DNA of 31,419 bases from Planctomycetota bacterium. Its GTDB lineage: Bacteria > Planctomycetota > Phycisphaerae > Sedimentisphaerales > Anaerobacaceae. This document shows positions 6,853-17,556 of this stretch, in pieces. Position numbers and translations under genes: made by a program. Numbering within the stretch: the stretch's first letter is position 1; the number at the start of each line of letters is the position of its first letter. Where the stretch lies: assembly GCA_019456195.1 (NCBI GenBank), contig VRUK01000069.1:1-31419 (forward strand), read 5' to 3'. The notes below the pieces were generated by a model. That model was given only the letters and a program-made list of their open reading frames with translations. It made no database searches and had not been told where the DNA came from.

Positions 6853-7269
6853 TTACAATTTTTTTCTTATTTCCTCTGCAATTACTTCGATTCTTCCCTG
6901 CTTATACCTGTAAGCAGGCCACCGATCAAAAAGGCCATCGCCATTACTGCGAGCAATTATATGAAAGTGTAAATGCTCGACAAGCTGGCCCGCCGCTCTG
7001 CCATTATTGCATAATACATTATAGCCGTCGGAATTCATCGCGGCAGTTACAGCGGCTGCAATTTTGCCAAGCCACGAACCAATCCGGCCTAAAAGCTCCG
7101 ATGGACAGTCATGTAACTTTTCAAAGTGCTGCTTCGGTATTACCAAAGTATGGCCGTCACTAATAGGCTCAATATCCAAAAAAGCAAAAACATCCTCATC
7201 TTCGTAAATCTTTGTAACCGGAATTTGCCCGGCTACCATTTTACAAAAAAGGCAATCATCGGCGCTCAT
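6853..7269 (-). CDS. HIT-family (histidine triad) nucleotide hydrolase/transferase
   Basis: 138-aa ORF with an ATG start. It has the N-terminal CLFCKMVAGQIP motif and the histidine triad HLHFHII. Confidence 0.88.
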   Translation of the reverse strand: MSADDCLFCKMVAGQIPVTKIYEDEDVFAFLDIEPISDGHTLVIPKQHFEKLHDCPSELLGRIGSWLGKIAAAVTAAMNSDGYNVLCNNGRAAGQLVEHLHFHIIARSNGDGLFDRWPAYRYKQGRIEVIAEEIRKKL

Positions 7270-7368
7270 TCTACCATATCTCGTATTGCTTATAGCGGAC
7301 TGCGTTCCCAGCCGTGTCTATTGCTTTTACACTTAACGCTATTTTCTAACTGCTAACAGCTATAACTG

Positions 7369-7881
7369 TTAAGTATTTTCCGGTTTCTCGCTGGTTTCTG
7401 CAGTTTCCACAGCTTTGGCGGTATGCTCTGGCTTTTTGCGAGAACGTTTTTTGGGTTTATCATGTTTTTTTGAACCCTCGTCAGCACCCACCAACTGCAG
7501 CAAAACAAGCTGGCCGTTATCACCGAGCCTTCTCATAGACAATCGAATAATTCTCGTATAGCCGCCGGCCCTGTCAAGGTATCTTGGGCCAAGTTCACTG
7601 AACAATTTACCGACTACCGTGCCGGTTTTGACAGCCTTGCCATCCTCGTCATTTACTATATCGCGATTTCCAAGCCGAGAAATGGCAAGTCGCCTTGCCG
7701 CCAAAGTACCTTTCTTGGCTAATGTAATCAATTTTTCGGCAAAGGGCTTTACCTCTTTAGCTTTTTCAATCGTAGTTGAAATCGTCTCGTGCTGGATGAG
7801 CGAAGCGACTAAATTTCGCCGCATAGCCAGCCGATGCTCTTTTGTTCGACCCAACCGACGTCCTGCTACTCTATGACGCAT
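7369..7881 (-). CDS. rplQ: 50S ribosomal protein L17 (with a Lys-rich C-terminal tail)
   Basis: MRHRVAGRRLGRTKEHRLAMRRNL... is the canonical L17 N-terminus, and the gene sits after rpoA as expected. Confidence 0.95.
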   Translation of the reverse strand: MRHRVAGRRLGRTKEHRLAMRRNLVASLIQHETISTTIEKAKEVKPFAEKLITLAKKGTLAARRLAISRLGNRDIVNDEDGKAVKTGTVVGKLFSELGPRYLDRAGGYTRIIRLSMRRLGDNGQLVLLQLVGADEGSKKHDKPKKRSRKKPEHTAKAVETAETSEKPENT

Positions 7882-7945
7882 ATTTCTATATACCTCTTAA
7901 TCCGGCACTACTGCCTTCGAACATTATCAAACTAATTCATCAATA

Positions 7946-8953
7946 TTAACTATCAATATCTGTCATTCCCAAAGACAAGCCTATGTCGGCGAGTTTTCTC
8001 CTGATTTCCCGCAGAGAAGTCTTGCCGAAACTGCGAATCTTCAACAATTCAGCTTCTGTCATTTTCACCAAATCGCCAACCCTTTCGGTTTTAGCAGATT
8101 CAAGGCAGTTGCTTGCTCTTACAGACAACTCCAGCTCCTGAATCGGCATGGTGAGTTTTTGAGTTAATTCCTCATCCACCACTTGTTCCGGAGTCTCAAC
8201 CTCAATAACCTCAGAAGCGGCAACGGTTTGCTCTCCAAGCTCGAAATACTGTATGAACGGATTGACATGCTTGCGTAAGATTTTTGCAGCCTCGACCAGC
8301 GCCATTTCAGGTGTAATCGTTCCGTTGGTCCAAATCTCCAGGATCAGCCTGTCATAATTGGTTCGCTGGCCGACACGTGTGTTCTCGGTTATGTAGCGTA
8401 CTCTTGTAACCGGTGAATAAACAGCGTCGAGCATTATCCTTCCGACTTCCTGTTCGAACCTGTCGGCGTCGGCGATACGTTCGGAAGCCGGTACATAGCC
8501 ACGACCATTCTCAACAACCATTTCCATTTTAAACTCTACTTTTTCCGTCAAAGTAGCCATTACCATATCTTTGTTTATCACTTCAATAGACGGGTCGGCA
8601 ACTATATCAGCGGCCGTTACAAGGCCGGCCTTGTTTGCCGAAATAGTCATCGTCTTTGGCCCTTCGCCCTGGAGGCAAATGACAAGACTCTTGACATTCA
8701 AAACAATATCGGTAACATCCTCCTTTACTCCTTTTACCGTACTGAACTCATGGCTGACACCGTCTATTTTGATGGATGTTACGGCACTGCCTTCCAAAGA
8801 GGAAAGCAATATACGTCTAAGACTGTTCCCAATAGTGGTGCCAAAGCCTCTTTCAAATGGTTCAATAAAGAATCTGCCATACTTATCGCTCGATACGATC
8901 GTGTCTCGTTCAACACGAGTCGGCAATTCCAAGCCACGCCATGTAACTCGCAT
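7946..8953 (-). CDS. rpoA: DNA-directed RNA polymerase alpha subunit
   Basis: 335 aa. Contains [32 protein letters not shown] and the C-terminal CTD motif ([11 protein letters not shown]). Position in the alpha operon fits. Confidence 0.97.
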   Translation of the reverse strand: [335 protein letters not shown]

Positions 8954-9042
8954 ATAGTTCTCCTATGTAAGTTTTGAGTTTCGAATTATTAGTTTTGATT
9001 TATCTCAAAACTCGACATTAATAAACTTAAAGCTGTTAGCAG

Positions 9043-9675
9043 CTATCTCGAACAGAATTCCACAACCAACTGCTCTTCAACAGGAATCTGGACATCATCC
9101 CGAGCGGGCAATGCAACAACAGTAGCTTCGGGTTTTTCCCGAGCTAATTGTAGCCAGCTTTGTGTAGTATAATTCGGGTTGCTTTCCAACTGTTCCTTTA
9201 CTTTTTTTACGCTTTTTTTAGAACCTTTGATGATTATCTTATCGCCTATTTTCGTGGTATAATCACTGATATTCACCTTGTGTCCGTTTATATAGATGTG
9301 ACCGTGAGCAATCAACTGCCTTGCAGACTTGCGCGACGGTGCAAAATTTAACTTATAGACTACATTATCCAAACGTCTTTCCAGCAATTGCAGCAGTGTT
9401 TCGCCGGTATTGCCCTTACCCCGCTCCGCTCGATGAAAATACCTCATAAACTGGCGCTCAAAAAGTCCGTAATATCTTTTGACCTTTTGCTTTTCGCGCA
9501 GCCGAACACCGTATTCACTTATCCTGCCCCTTCGCCATCCGTGCATCCCAGGGGCCAGATTTCTCTGTTTCTTTTCGATAGGACACTTGGCCGTCTCACA
9601 TCTTATGCCTTTGAGCATAAGTTTCATTCCTTCACGACGACAGTGTTTACAAGATGAACCCAGATAACGTCCCAT
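9043..9675 (-). CDS. rpsD: 30S ribosomal protein S4 (Cys-rich, Zn-ribbon-type N-terminus)
   Basis: MGRYLGSSCKHCRREGMKLMLKGIRCETAKC... plus an S4 domain (ARQLIAHGHIYINGHKVN). Confidence 0.96.
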   Translation of the reverse strand: MGRYLGSSCKHCRREGMKLMLKGIRCETAKCPIEKKQRNLAPGMHGWRRGRISEYGVRLREKQKVKRYYGLFERQFMRYFHRAERGKGNTGETLLQLLERRLDNVVYKLNFAPSRKSARQLIAHGHIYINGHKVNISDYTTKIGDKIIIKGSKKSVKKVKEQLESNPNYTTQSWLQLAREKPEATVVALPARDDVQIPVEEQLVVEFCSR

Positions 9676-9719
9676 TCTTTTTATTTATCTCCGAAATAAT
9701 TTCTCATAGTACTTGACTC

Positions 9720-10100
9720 TTAAACTCTCCTTCGCTTCGGCGGCCTGCAGCCGTTGTGCGGAAGTGGAGTAACATCTTCTATCGAAGCGATACGCAATCC
9801 AGCCTGCTGTAAAGCTGAGATGGCGGATTCTCGGCCTGAACCAGGCCCTTTAACCCTGATTTCAACTTCGCGAACACCGTTACGCATAGCGGAACTGGCG
9901 CAGCGCTGTGCTGCCCTTTGAGCGGCAAAAGGAGTGCTTTTGCGAGAGCCTTTGAAACCTACACAGCCGGCTGAGCCAGAAGCAACCGCATTACCATCCA
10001 TATCCGTAATCGTAATCAATGTATTATTGAATGTCGCCTTTATGTGTACAATAGCCCGGACAACATTTTTCCTTACTTTTCGCTTCGTTCTTTTTGCCAT
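9720..10100 (-). CDS. rpsK: 30S ribosomal protein S11
   Basis: [29 protein letters not shown]...[13 protein letters not shown] is canonical S11. Confidence 0.96.
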   Translation of the reverse strand: MAKRTKRKVRKNVVRAIVHIKATFNNTLITITDMDGNAVASGSAGCVGFKGSRKSTPFAAQRAAQRCASSAMRNGVREVEIRVKGPGSGRESAISALQQAGLRIASIEDVTPLPHNGCRPPKRRRV

Positions 10101-10152
10101 TATTCAGAAAATTCCTCAAATCAGCATATATAAAGTATATGACATTTTATCT

Positions 10153-10536
10153 TTAGCGTTTTTCCTTTACACCCTTCTTGCCTGCAACTGTTTTTCTCGG
10201 GCCTTTGCGGGTACGCGCGTTACTCTGCGTACACTGGCCCCGAACTGGCAAACCCCTTCTGTGACGAACGCCTCTGTAACAATTTATATCACGCAAGCGG
10301 GCTATATTTTGTGAATGCTGCCTGCGAAGCTGACCTTCCACCGTATAATTACGGTCGATAATCTGCGTTATACGGCTAAGCTCATCTTCGCTAAGTTTGC
10401 CGGCTTTTGTATTTCTTTCTATACCTGCCTCTTTAATTATCTGTTCCGAGGTATATTTACCTATACCGACAATATAAGTCAGCGAAATCCATATAGATTT
10501 TTCATTCGGTATATCAACACCAACTATACGTGGCAT
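10153..10536 (-). CDS. rpsM: 30S ribosomal protein S13
   Basis: [13 protein letters not shown]...[15 protein letters not shown] is canonical S13. Confidence 0.96.
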   Translation of the reverse strand: MPRIVGVDIPNEKSIWISLTYIVGIGKYTSEQIIKEAGIERNTKAGKLSEDELSRITQIIDRNYTVEGQLRRQHSQNIARLRDINCYRGVRHRRGLPVRGQCTQSNARTRKGPRKTVAGKKGVKEKR

Positions 10537-10594
10537 ATAAGCTCCTTTTCGAATCCGGTAATTGGTTATTTACCACCGGTCAATCACAATCAAA

Positions 10595-10708
10595 TCAACC
10601 CTGGCGTTGTTTATGCCGCGGGTTCGTACATATTACCCTCACAACACCTCTGCGACGAATAACCTTACAATTCTCACAAATACGTTTAACTGAACTTCTA
10701 ACTTTCAT
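10595..10708 (-). CDS. rpmJ: 50S ribosomal protein L36 (Zn-binding form)
   Basis: Not in the ORF track because it is shorter than 60 aa. Hand translation of the minus strand gives [37 protein letters not shown] then a stop. ATG at 10706-10708 and TGA at 10595-10597. Confidence 0.93.
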   Translation of the reverse strand: MKVRSSVKRICENCKVIRRRGVVRVICTNPRHKQRQG

Positions 10709-10742
10709 TTTATCTACCTATTATTGCGGTATTATCCTGTAA

Positions 10743-10958
10743 CTAATGCCGGAGTACTATCCGGCCTCTGTTTAGATCATAAGGTGACATTTCAACTATA
10801 ACTGTGTCACCCGGCAAAATCCGAATATAATGCATTCGCATTTTGCCAGAAACATGCGCCAAAACCTTGTGGCCGTTATCCAACTCTACCTTAAATACTG
10901 CATTCGGTAAAGCATCGGTCACTTTGGCTTGTAATCTTATTGAGTCCTTCTTTGGCAT
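10743..10958 (-). CDS. infA: translation initiation factor IF-1
   Basis: 71 aa; [57 protein letters not shown] is canonical IF-1. Confidence 0.96.
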   Translation of the reverse strand: MPKKDSIRLQAKVTDALPNAVFKVELDNGHKVLAHVSGKMRMHYIRILPGDTVIVEMSPYDLNRGRIVLRH

Positions 10959-11019
10959 TTTCCTGTCTTGTATTTCCTTATTTTCTGACTCGTAACTCTT
11001 GTTTCGTCCGAAATACGAC

Positions 11020-11805
11020 TCACTGACTTTCTACAGTTAATACCTTACAACCACCTTTAACTATCGCGATTGTATGCTCAAAATGAGCCGAGCATTTCCT
11101 GTCTCTTGTTACCACCGTCCACCCGTTCCCAAGCGTTTTTACGCCACTTGAGCCGGCGTTAATCATCGGCTCAACAGCCAGAACCATTCCTTCGGCCAAA
11201 ATAATGTCATTTGCCAGCAAATCATCGTTGACGAAATTAGGCACTCTCGGCTCTTCATGCATTTTTCTGCCGATGCCGTGTCCAACAAAGTCTTTCACCA
11301 CCGAAAAACCTGATGACTCGGCATATCGTTGCATCTCGGCAGCCACCTGGCTCCATTTAACAGACGGAGCAGATTTCGCTATTGCTATGTCAAGAACATC
11401 TTTTGTTACATCCAACAGCTTGCGCTTAATCTCTGAAATTTCGCCGATGGCGATCGTAACAGCAGCATCTCCACAATAGCCGTCAAGTCTAACGCCAAAA
11501 TCAATGCTGAGAATATCACCTTCTTTAAGCTTAGCATCCTCAGTAGGAATCCCATGAACGACCTGCTCGTTTATCGAAGCACAAATTGCACCCGGAAACG
11601 AGATTTTAGATATTGGAGTGCGAACACCCTTAAACAAAGCCTCAGCTCCGGCATCAGCGGTCATCTGCAAAGCTACGCCATCCAACTGCAGGGTGGAAAC
11701 TCCCGGCTTAGCAATCTCTTTTAGTTTTAAAAGAACTCCTGCTACAACATCACCTGCTTTACGCATTATGTCAATTTCTCTTGGACTGCGAAGCGTTATA
11801 GCCAT
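11020..11805 (-). CDS. map: methionine aminopeptidase, type I
   Basis: 261 aa; [10 protein letters not shown]..., [12 protein letters not shown] and the EPM...HFEHT motifs. It sits at the usual spc-operon position after adk. Confidence 0.93.
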   Translation of the reverse strand: MAITLRSPREIDIMRKAGDVVAGVLLKLKEIAKPGVSTLQLDGVALQMTADAGAEALFKGVRTPISKISFPGAICASINEQVVHGIPTEDAKLKEGDILSIDFGVRLDGYCGDAAVTIAIGEISEIKRKLLDVTKDVLDIAIAKSAPSVKWSQVAAEMQRYAESSGFSVVKDFVGHGIGRKMHEEPRVPNFVNDDLLANDIILAEGMVLAVEPMINAGSSGVKTLGNGWTVVTRDRKCSAHFEHTIAIVKGGCKVLTVESQ

Positions 11806-11850
11806 TTAATTCCGTATCTCGTTAAGTGTTCCGATACATTTTCCATCGCT

Positions 11851-12504
11851 TCACGTCTTGACAAGTGCGTCCAACTTCTCAAATATCGAATCCCTTACTT
11901 CATCCGGGCTTCTATCTGCATCAAAGTCATAAACAGTACCGTTTTTTCTATAGTAATCCACCAGCGGTTCTGTCTGCTGATGGTATGTTTTAAGACGATT
12001 AATCACCACTTCAGGGCTGTCATCAGGCCTTTGAGCAAGTTTAATGCCGTCATTATCGCATATATCTTCGGTCGTTGGCTTCAAGTGTTCAATATGATAG
12101 ATTGCCCCACACTTAGGACAACTTCTCCTGCCCGTTATACGCTTTGCTACTGTGTCGTCATCTACCTGGAGGTTCAAAACATAATCTATCGTCATCTCGT
12201 TGTCAGTCAATGACTTATCAAGCTCAACCGTCTGGTTGACGGTTCTTGGAAAACCATCCAGTAAGAAACCTGCAGAAGGGGCATCTTTTATCGCCTTGGT
12301 CATCATCTCAATTATTATTTCATCAGGCACAAGGCCGCCCGAATCCATATAACTTTGGGCTTTTTGCCCTAATTCGGTACCTGCGGCCCGTTCCTGCCGT
12401 AAAATATCACCACTGGATAAATGAAGGAGACCATATTGGACAACAATGTTCTTACACTGCGTTCCCTTACCTGCACCCGGTGCTCCCAACAAAACTATTC
12501 TCAT
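11851..12504 (-). CDS. adk: adenylate kinase
   Basis: MRIVLLGAPGAGKGTQ P-loop and a lid segment containing CPKCG...CDND. The 4-nt ATGA overlap with the secY stop is typical. Confidence 0.96.
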   Translation of the reverse strand: MRIVLLGAPGAGKGTQCKNIVVQYGLLHLSSGDILRQERAAGTELGQKAQSYMDSGGLVPDEIIIEMMTKAIKDAPSAGFLLDGFPRTVNQTVELDKSLTDNEMTIDYVLNLQVDDDTVAKRITGRRSCPKCGAIYHIEHLKPTTEDICDNDGIKLAQRPDDSPEVVINRLKTYHQQTEPLVDYYRKNGTVYDFDADRSPDEVRDSIFEKLDALVKT

Positions 12505-13862
12505 CCCATTGCTCCTTTTATCCTGCCGGCTCCACTGAAACCATCATAGCTGCGCATCAAAAGATTCGCTTCGATTTTCTGAACCAGATCCAGCGAGACA
12601 CTAACAACTATCAATAAACCGGTTCCACCGAGGAACGTCGCCACACGCCAGTCAATTCCCAATAATATTGAAATCAGCGACGGCACAACGGCAATTATAG
12701 CCAAAAATGAAGCTCCGAAATACGTAATTCTTGTCATTACCGTTTCCAGGTAATCAGCGGTCCTGCGTCCCGGACGAAGCCCGGGAATGAAGCTTCCCGA
12801 ATCCCGCAGGTTCTTAGCCATCTCCTTGGGCTGAAATTGTACTGTTACCCAAAAATAAGCAAACAAAAATATCAACAGCATATATAGAACATTATAGGTA
12901 TAAGAACTTGGCCCGAGAGCATCCTTAATAGTCAGCACAACGGCCGAATTAGCAAGACTTGGAATTCTCAACAACTGCTCGATTATAATTGGTGGAAACA
13001 TCATAAAGCTCGATGCGAAAATTATGGGCATCACACCACCGTGATTGACACGAAGCGGCAAATAATGCCTCTGCCCGCCATACATCCGGCGACCTCGCAT
13101 CTGCTTTGCCTGCTGAATCGGTATTCGGCGCTGGCCCTGAGTTATCAGTATCGCACCGGCTACAACAAACACAAATGCCGCTATCAGGAACAATATCTTC
13201 GCCGGGCCTACAGTGCCTGGTGCTGCGCCGAGTTTAAAGTCAACATTCTGCCAAAGCGTCCAGATTGCCCAGGGCATTCTGGAGACAATACCGGCCATAA
13301 TTATCAAACTAATACCGTTGCCTATTCCGTATTCATCTATCTGCTCGCCAAGCCACATCAAAAAGACAGTACCGGCCGTCATACCTACAATGCCCATTAT
13401 CATTGCCTGACGATACATGCCAGCATAGGTTAATCCCTGCCCACCTAACAACTTCATAAACATTATCGACTGAACAATACATATCAGCACAGTTAAATAG
13501 CGGGTGTACTCCTGTATTTTTTTGTGGCCTGTTTGCCCTTCCTGTCGCAGCTTCTTCAAAGCAGGAACAACCTCACCCAACAGCATAAGAATAATCGATG
13601 AGGTAATATAAGGCATAATCCCAAGGCCAAACAAGCTGCTCTTATCCAGCCTTCCTCCGGTAAACATCTGCATGTATTCGGCAGCTCTGCCCAGGGGACT
13701 CTCCGTGTCTCTTGAACCGGCAATTTTAGCTATAGATACCGGGTTAAAGCCGGGTACGGGGATATGAAATCCGACCTTGTATATTATCAGCAGCGCCAGA
13801 GTAAAAAGAATCTTATTGCGCAGATCAGGAATCCTAAATATGTTAATTACCGTTCCAAGCAT
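12501..13862 (-). CDS. secY: preprotein translocase subunit SecY
   Basis: The track ORF extends to 13958 and would overlap rplO. The ATG at 13862 (MLGTVINIFRIPDLRNKILFTL...) is preceded by AGGAAA and gives a canonical 453-aa, multi-TM SecY. Confidence 0.95.
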   Translation of the reverse strand: MLGTVINIFRIPDLRNKILFTLALLIIYKVGFHIPVPGFNPVSIAKIAGSRDTESPLGRAAEYMQMFTGGRLDKSSLFGLGIMPYITSSIILMLLGEVVPALKKLRQEGQTGHKKIQEYTRYLTVLICIVQSIMFMKLLGGQGLTYAGMYRQAMIMGIVGMTAGTVFLMWLGEQIDEYGIGNGISLIIMAGIVSRMPWAIWTLWQNVDFKLGAAPGTVGPAKILFLIAAFVFVVAGAILITQGQRRIPIQQAKQMRGRRMYGGQRHYLPLRVNHGGVMPIIFASSFMMFPPIIIEQLLRIPSLANSAVVLTIKDALGPSSYTYNVLYMLLIFLFAYFWVTVQFQPKEMAKNLRDSGSFIPGLRPGRRTADYLETVMTRITYFGASFLAIIAVVPSLISILLGIDWRVATFLGGTGLLIVVSVSLDLVQKIEANLLMRSYDGFSGAGRIKGAMG

Positions 13863-13954
13863 AATTTCCTGTCCATTATTCTGTTTCCACTTCGTGGGAA
13901 GCGAATACACCGGTTTTCTATTTCCTTCCGCATGATAGAACATGCGGACAACAA

Positions 13955-14398
13955 TCAAATAATTTTTGCTGAGCCGCCGGAAGCCACAATCTTGTGCTCT
14001 GCCGACTTGCTGAATTTGTGAGCTGTAACCTGCAGCTTCTTTGTAAGATCTCCCATGCCGAGAATTTTGATTTTGCTTTTGGTGCTGTTAATCAGTCCGA
14101 CGCTGGATAATTGCTCTACGCCAACTTCAGCACCATCGGCAAATCGTTCCAGTTGTGAGATATTAACGATTTCGCAGCGTACCGCAAAATCATAATTATT
14201 AAAACCTCGTTTAGGCAGTCGTCTGAACAAAGGCATCTGGCCACCTTCAAGAAGCGTAATAGAAGTCGAGCCCGCCCTACTGCCGGCACCTTTGTGTCCT
14301 CGGCCACAGGTTTTTCCGTGACCACTACCCGAACCCCTGCCGACACGCCTACGACGCTTATGCTTACCCACAAGAGATGTTATTTCATGATTCAACAT
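13955..14398 (-). CDS. rplO: 50S ribosomal protein L15
   Basis: KRRRRVGRGSGSGHGKTCGRGHKG is canonical L15. It lies only 31 nt after rpsE, so no L30 gene fits between them. Confidence 0.95.
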   Translation of the reverse strand: MLNHEITSLVGKHKRRRRVGRGSGSGHGKTCGRGHKGAGSRAGSTSITLLEGGQMPLFRRLPKRGFNNYDFAVRCEIVNISQLERFADGAEVGVEQLSSVGLINSTKSKIKILGMGDLTKKLQVTAHKFSKSAEHKIVASGGSAKII

Positions 14399-14429
14399 TA
14401 TAAATCACCCGATCGTTAATCAGCAACCA

Positions 14430-14948
14430 TTAAACATTAATTGCAACACCACGAAGAGATTCAATCAATTCCTTGCTGCGTAATTTCAGCAATCCGTCAA
14501 GTGTAGCTTTGACCACATTTTTGGCAGAAGTGCTTCCGTAAACTTTTGTTAGAACATCCTGTACGCCGGCATATTCGAGCACTGCTCGAGCACTGGAACC
14601 CGCGATAACCCCGGTACCGGGACTGGCCGGGACCAAGACAACTTTTGTGGCCCTGTATTTGCCGTTTACTGCGTGTGGGATTGTCCGGTTAAGCAAAGAT
14701 ATCTTATGCAAAGATTTTTTGGCGTCTTTTATACTTTTCTCGACCGCCTGCGGAACCTCATTAGCCTTGCCATAACCGACACCGACAGTGCCTGCCCTGT
14801 CACCAATCACAACTAACGCGGCAAAACTAAATCGCCTACCGCCCTTCACCACTTTGGCGCAGCGAAACACCTTTACAACCGTATCTTCCAACGGTTTTTC
14901 TTCCTGACCCGAAAGTTTAACTGGTTCTACTGCCAATTTATTCTCCAA
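14430..14948 (-). CDS. rpsE: 30S ribosomal protein S5
   Basis: VVKVFRCAKVVKGGRRFSFAALVVIGD... is canonical S5. There is no ATG near the 5' end, so the TTG at 14948 is the apparent start and the exact start is uncertain. Confidence 0.92.
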   Translation of the reverse strand: MENKLAVEPVKLSGQEEKPLEDTVVKVFRCAKVVKGGRRFSFAALVVIGDRAGTVGVGYGKANEVPQAVEKSIKDAKKSLHKISLLNRTIPHAVNGKYRATKVVLVPASPGTGVIAGSSARAVLEYAGVQDVLTKVYGSTSAKNVVKATLDGLLKLRSKELIESLRGVAINV

Positions 14949-14971
14949 ACATTTTCGTGTTGACTATGTTG

Positions 14972-15337
14972 TTAAAAAACCAACCCGGCTTTTCTTGCCC
15001 CTTCGGCAAGTGCCTTGACTCTGCCATGAAACTTATATCGATTTCTATCAAAACGAACGCACTTAATACCAACACCAAGTGCTTGTTTAGCAACCGATTC
15101 ACCTATTACCCTGGCAGCTTTTTTATTACCGGCATTGGGCATTTTATCCTGCATACCCTTTGTCTTTGTACTTGCCGAAGCAAGTGTCGCTCCGGCAACG
15201 TCATCTATAATCTGAGCGTAAATATGCCTGTTTGAGCGAAAAACCAACAACCGAGGTCTGTCCGGCGTCCCAAAGACTTTCTTCCTCACATGATATTTAC
15301 GCCTTAGTGCTGCTTTTTTTAAACTGTTCGTTTTCAT
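14972..15337 (-). CDS. rplR: 50S ribosomal protein L18
   Basis: [20 protein letters not shown] is canonical L18. The track start at 15352 is a TTG directly abutting the rplF stop, so I prefer the ATG at 15337 (MKTNSLKK...). Confidence 0.92.
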   Translation of the reverse strand: MKTNSLKKAALRRKYHVRKKVFGTPDRPRLLVFRSNRHIYAQIIDDVAGATLASASTKTKGMQDKMPNAGNKKAARVIGESVAKQALGVGIKCVRFDRNRYKFHGRVKALAEGARKAGLVF

Positions 15338-15352
15338 TAAACTAAATCCCAA

Positions 15353-15934
15353 TTATGCCGATCCGGTAGCAAATGCCTTACCAGCCTTACGTCGTACATG
15401 TTCGTCGGCATAGCGGATACCTTTTCCTTTATAGGGTTCCGGCGGCCTTATCTTTCTAATATCTGCGGCGAATTGTCCCAGCAGACATTTGTCCGTTCCC
15501 GAAAGCGTAAACCTTGCAGGCACATCATTACCCCTTGTTGCACCGACATCGATATTAACCTTTACACCCTTCGGTATTACCAACTCTACAGAATGGCAAA
15601 AACCTATCTGAAAAGTCAGCTTTCCGCCCTGCTCTTTTATATTATAACCAGTGCCGAATATTTGCATTTGCTTCTCAAAACCTTTACTGACACCAGTAAT
15701 CATATTAGCAATCAAAGCGCGCATAGTGCCATGTAACTGCCTGTTCTGGCGGTCCTTTGGACGCTTATTTTCGACTAATATTTCCCCCCCGGCATCGTCA
15801 ATTTTAACCTTTATCCGAGGATGACAGTCCATCTGGAGCTCGCCAAGAGAGCCTTCGACCTTGACACATCGGCCTTTCAGCTCAACCTTTACGCCTTCAG
15901 GAATACTAATAGATTTATTTCCAATACGACTCAT
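15353..15934 (-). CDS. rplF: 50S ribosomal protein L6
   Basis: MSRIGNKSISIPEGVKVEL... is the canonical L6 start. The ATG at 15934 overlaps the rpsH stop (TAATG). Confidence 0.94.
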   Translation of the reverse strand: MSRIGNKSISIPEGVKVELKGRCVKVEGSLGELQMDCHPRIKVKIDDAGGEILVENKRPKDRQNRQLHGTMRALIANMITGVSKGFEKQMQIFGTGYNIKEQGGKLTFQIGFCHSVELVIPKGVKVNIDVGATRGNDVPARFTLSGTDKCLLGQFAADIRKIRPPEPYKGKGIRYADEHVRRKAGKAFATGSA

Positions 15935-16332
15935 TAGCTTACCGTACAAAGTATTTCGCCGCCGACTTTAGCTTCGCGGCAGTTTCCGTCACTCATTACA
16001 CCTTTACTTGTCGAAACAATTGCTATACCCATGCCAGCTAAAACGCGCGGCAATTTGTCAACTGACGAATATATTCTTCGACCAGGCCTGCTCGTTCTGG
16101 CTATTTCGATGATAATAGAATTGCCGTCCTGGTCATACTTTAACATAACCCTCAGTATTCCCTGCTGGCCGTCGTCGATTCGGTCGAAATCCTCGATGTA
16201 ACCTTCCTTCTTCAAAACAGCCGCTATACCTTCACAAATATTTGATGCCTTTATATTGACCTGCTTTTTGTTTATTCGCGATGCATTGCGAATTCTCGTC
16301 AACATATCAGCTATTGGATCACTTAGACTCAT
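15934..16332 (-). CDS. rpsH: 30S ribosomal protein S8
   Basis: MSLSDPIADMLTRIRNA is the canonical S8 start at ATG 16332. The track ORF begins 5 codons upstream. Confidence 0.95.
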   Translation of the reverse strand: MSLSDPIADMLTRIRNASRINKKQVNIKASNICEGIAAVLKKEGYIEDFDRIDDGQQGILRVMLKYDQDGNSIIIEIARTSRPGRRIYSSVDKLPRVLAGMGIAIVSTSKGVMSDGNCREAKVGGEILCTVS

Positions 16333-16380
16333 AATTTCGTGCCTCAAGCTCTGGGGCTTTTCGTGATTATATTCACGATT

Positions 16381-16566
16381 TTACCAACTGGCTTTTCTAA
16401 CTCCCGGTATTTTTCCTTCATTCGCTAACGTTCTAAAGCAAATCCGGCAAACCTTAAACTTGCGATAGACTGCTCTGGACCTGCCACAAAGCTGACAACG
16501 CGTATATTGTCTGACGCGAAATTTTTGTTTTTGTTCTGCCTTGATTTCAAGTGCTTTAGTTGACAT
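16381..16566 (-). CDS. rpsN: 30S ribosomal protein S14, short Zn-ribbon type (type Z)
   Basis: 61 aa with CQLCGR...CRIC and a C-terminal KASW. Confidence 0.95.
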   Translation of the reverse strand: MSTKALEIKAEQKQKFRVRQYTRCQLCGRSRAVYRKFKVCRICFRTLANEGKIPGVRKASW

Positions 16567-16602
16567 TCATACGCTCCAATTTCTCGTTTCCGAGCTTAAG
16601 CT

Positions 16603-17163
16603 TTATTCTTCATTTACTGCCGTTAACCCTTTGAACGGCATACCAAAGAGCTGAAGCAGTTTCCTTGCTTCATCGTCGCTCCGTGCCGTAGTTACAAAAG
16701 TTATGTTCATACCCTGCTGAAATTCCACTTTTACCGGATTGATTTCAGGAAATACACTCTGTTCACCCAAGCCCATCGAGTAATTTCCTCTGCCGTCAAA
16801 ACTCTCGGCATTAAGCCCCCGAAAGTCTCGTACCCGTGGTATTGCAAGACTAATGAGTCTGTCCATAAATTCATACATTCTCACGCCGCGGACTGTAACC
16901 TTCAAACCGGTTTCCTGACCTTCACGAACTTTAAAGTTCGAAACACTCTTTTTCGCCTTACAGACCAATGGCAATTGGCCGGTTATCATCATTAAATCCT
17001 TTTTGGCTAATTCAATGAATTTCTTATCCTGCACCGCCCTGCCAACGCCCATAGAGATAACAACTTTTGTCATCTGCGGTACAGCCATAGGATTCTTGTA
17101 GCTGAATTCTTTTGTCAGCTCCGGAACTATTTTTGACTTATATAAATCTTTTAAACGCGCCAT
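16603..17163 (-). CDS. rplE: 50S ribosomal protein L5
   Basis: MARLKDLYKSKIVPEL... is the canonical start at ATG 17163. The track ORF begins 14 codons upstream. Confidence 0.95.
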   Translation of the reverse strand: MARLKDLYKSKIVPELTKEFSYKNPMAVPQMTKVVISMGVGRAVQDKKFIELAKKDLMMITGQLPLVCKAKKSVSNFKVREGQETGLKVTVRGVRMYEFMDRLISLAIPRVRDFRGLNAESFDGRGNYSMGLGEQSVFPEINPVKVEFQQGMNITFVTTARSDDEARKLLQLFGMPFKGLTAVNEE

Positions 17164-17220
17164 ACTGTATCTCATAAAACGGTTAACCGGCAACTTAAAC
17201 ACCAATTAACAATTAATAAA

Positions 17221-17556
17221 TTACTTTTTAGTTTTCCTGATAACACCGATTTCATTACCATCGGTAGTAAGGCGTTTTTTACCGCCATCCTCACTTACCT
17301 GAAAACGTACTCTGCTGCCTTTCGAGCTTTTCATATTCACCGGCAAAACATTACTTATATGTATCGGCTGCTCAACATTGATTCGGCCTCCCTGTGGATT
17401 TTTCCGCGAAGGCTTTACATGTTTTTTTGCTATGTTATGACCTTGAACCACTACGCGATGCTTGTCAAGTATCACACGGAGAATCCTCCCGGTAGCACCT
17501 TTGTGGTCACCGGCTATTATCTCGACTAAATCACCTTTTTTTATATGCGAAGCCAT
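17221..17556 (-). CDS. rplX: 50S ribosomal protein L24
   Basis: MASHIKKGDLVEIIAGDHKG is a KOW motif. The track start at 17562 is a GTG, and the ATG at 17556 is preferred. Confidence 0.93.
   Translation of the reverse strand: MASHIKKGDLVEIIAGDHKGATGRILRVILDKHRVVVQGHNIAKKHVKPSRKNPQGGRINVEQPIHISNVLPVNMKSSKGSRVRFQVSEDGGKKRLTTDGNEIGVIRKTKK

Noticed and set aside
8954-9042. The rpoA 5' UTR contains GTTTTGAG...CTCAAAAC (an 8-bp inverted repeat) and three AGTTTTGA copies.
   Set aside because: It is plausibly an ordinary leader structure for alpha-operon translational control and is not distinctive enough to report as a finding.
7348-9044. There is a near-identical 14-nt hairpin motif at the 3' ends of two genes: AACTGCTAACAGCT (7348-7361, just after the rplQ stop) and its inverted counterpart AGCTGTTAGCAGCT (9031-9044, overlapping the rpsD stop).
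   Set aside because: There are only two copies, with a 5-bp stem and a 4-nt loop. That is too short to separate from chance or to call a REP-like element, though it might be a small RNA-stability hairpin.
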